A stretch of 54,198 nt of DNA from Octopus bimaculoides. Its lineage: Eukaryota. Position 1 is the first letter of the stretch, and each line of letters begins with the position of its first letter. The stretch is from the NCBI RefSeq assembly GCF_001194135.2, contig NC_068982.1, positions 165,988,734 to 166,042,931 on the forward strand. Reading direction: 5' to 3'. Under the pieces are notes generated by a model. The model had not been told where the DNA came from. It searched no databases and saw nothing but the letters and a program-made list of their open reading frames with translations. Both the position numbers and the translations under genes were made by a program. Positions 52,550 to 54,198 of this stretch are shown here, piece by piece.

Positions 52550-54158
52550 TGATTGCGAGAGTACGACACCCCCTGCTGAGAATGGACTGGACCACTACAT
52601 ATAAATAATAGTAGTCTGAGTAAGTGAGGTAGTTCGTGCTATTTCCCCAGTTCCTGTGATGATAGTTCAAAGTTGGAGTTCAAGGTTTACAGTTCGAGTT
52701 AGCGTGTTGGATTGTTGGTTCCTAAAAGATTGTTGTTACGTTCTGTGCGGTTACTGCTGTTTGTTTCGATTATACTGTTATTACACTGTTGCAGTATATT
52801 CGTTTATCCATAAGGATATAACATTTGGCGACGAGGATCGTTCGAAACATACATTGGTTATTTGAAAATTTCTGCGTCATGGAAAATCTATTACCCGCAA
52901 TAGCACAGCTTGAAGAGAAGCAACAGGAACAACTACAGGAGATTAAATTCCAAAAATATGGAACCACAGGAAGTGAAATTAAGAGTGTTATGTTGAACGT
53001 TATCCAAGAACTACCAGTGACGGCACAGAATATAAAAATGAAAGCCGTAGGTGATGAGTGTATCACGAAAATAAAAGAAGCTTAAACAGAATAAAATGTC
53101 AAATGCCAGTGGTTTTTCATTTGCGACAATATTCTGATGTATGCCGAAAGAGTGATGGTTCCAACTACGTTACAAAAAGTTGTATTGCAACAATTTCACG
53201 GCGGACATCCAGGAATGGCAATGATGAAGGTTCTGATGGGCAGTTATGTCTATAGGCCGTCTATGGACCGAGGTATCGTAAACTTGGTGAGAACAAGCCG
53301 AGGTCGCGCGCTCGCAGCCAAAGGCCCGCCAGTAAAATACCAATCGTGGCCAGCGACAGAGAACCCCATAGTCTAGGTTACACATTGACTATGCCGGTAA
53401 ACGGCGCTTACTACCTAATCGTAATAGATAGCTGTATTAAGTGGCAGGAGGTTTGCAAGTGCTATAGACCAACCGCCAAGACAACTATAAAGTTCTTATA
53501 CGAATAGTTTGCACGATGCGGTGTCCCTGACACGCTAGTTTCAGACAACGGAACGCAGTTTTCTGGGTATAAATTCAAGACCTTCTATAAAAGGCATGCG
53601 ATAAAGCATATTTTCAGTCTACTCTACAACCCGAGGTCAAACGAGCAAGTAGAAAGATTTGCGGACATCTTTAAGACAGCGCTAAGAAAAACGAGGAATG
53701 AATTAAGCAAAGACGAAGCACTGACAAATTTCTTAAGAATATACAGAATGATCCAAAATCCAAGTTCAAATTCAGAATGACCACCAATTGAAGTACAAAT
53801 TCAGGGAATAAGTTATTACTAGAGAAAAAAACACGTAGAGGAAATACGAAAGAGCCAATGAAATACGTCGAGATTTCAAAACCTATAGAAACGGTAGAGA
53901 AGGCTGGGAAGATGGTCTTGTTACCAGAAAAATTGGAAGTATGATATATTTAACTAAAGGGTCACACGATGAACATAGGAGACATATAAACCAACTAAGG
54001 AAGAGGCATACCCGAGATCAGGAAAAAATTCCCACGGAAGCATTCTGTGAAATATTCGAAGTACCGGTACCAAAGGTAATAGTGCTGTAGAACCAGCATG
54101 AGAAAAAGAAAGCAGACCGAACACCTTGAGATAATGCCCAAGCCAGAGAGATGCTACA
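52550..54158 (+). mobile_element. Ty3/Gypsy LTR retrotransposon, internally deleted (LTR, PBS, gag start, integrase)
   Basis: LTR TG...ACA at 52550-52823, PBS TGGCGACGAGGAT at 52826, purine tract AAAAGGGGAAA just before the LTR. Integrase remnants: RVMVPTTLQKVVLQQFHGGHPG, LVSDNGTQF, NPRSNEQVERF. No protease, RT or RNase H seen. Confidence 0.88.

Positions 54159-54198
<40 letters not shown>

Overview
AT-rich eukaryotic genomic DNA from a draft assembly with many N gaps, most of them flanked by (TA)n or (TG)n arrays. The SINE types, microsatellite load and transposon mix suggest an octopus or other coleoid cephalopod (inference, not a database result). Most of the window is intronic or intergenic and holds decayed transposable elements: one complete-length Tc1, two mariner relics, two R4/Dong-type LINE relics, Penelope relics, Gypsy relics, a Helitron helicase end, two foldback MITEs and many tRNA-derived SINEs. 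The ORF track is dominated by microsatellite and N-gap artefacts and misses the main host gene. I could assemble that gene by hand as a phase-consistent chain of 7-9 small exons on the minus strand (about 8432 to 4656), encoding a protein I do not recognise and including an apparent 40-nt intron. Other candidates are a recursive-splice-type AG|GT site at 35481/35482, a 119-bp near-perfect hairpin at 44390-44668 and a tandem Gypsy array sharing one LTR. I see no CRISPR array, rRNA or true tRNA gene, and no clearly new biological system. All translations and alignments were done by eye, and TE family names rest on recalled motif similarity.
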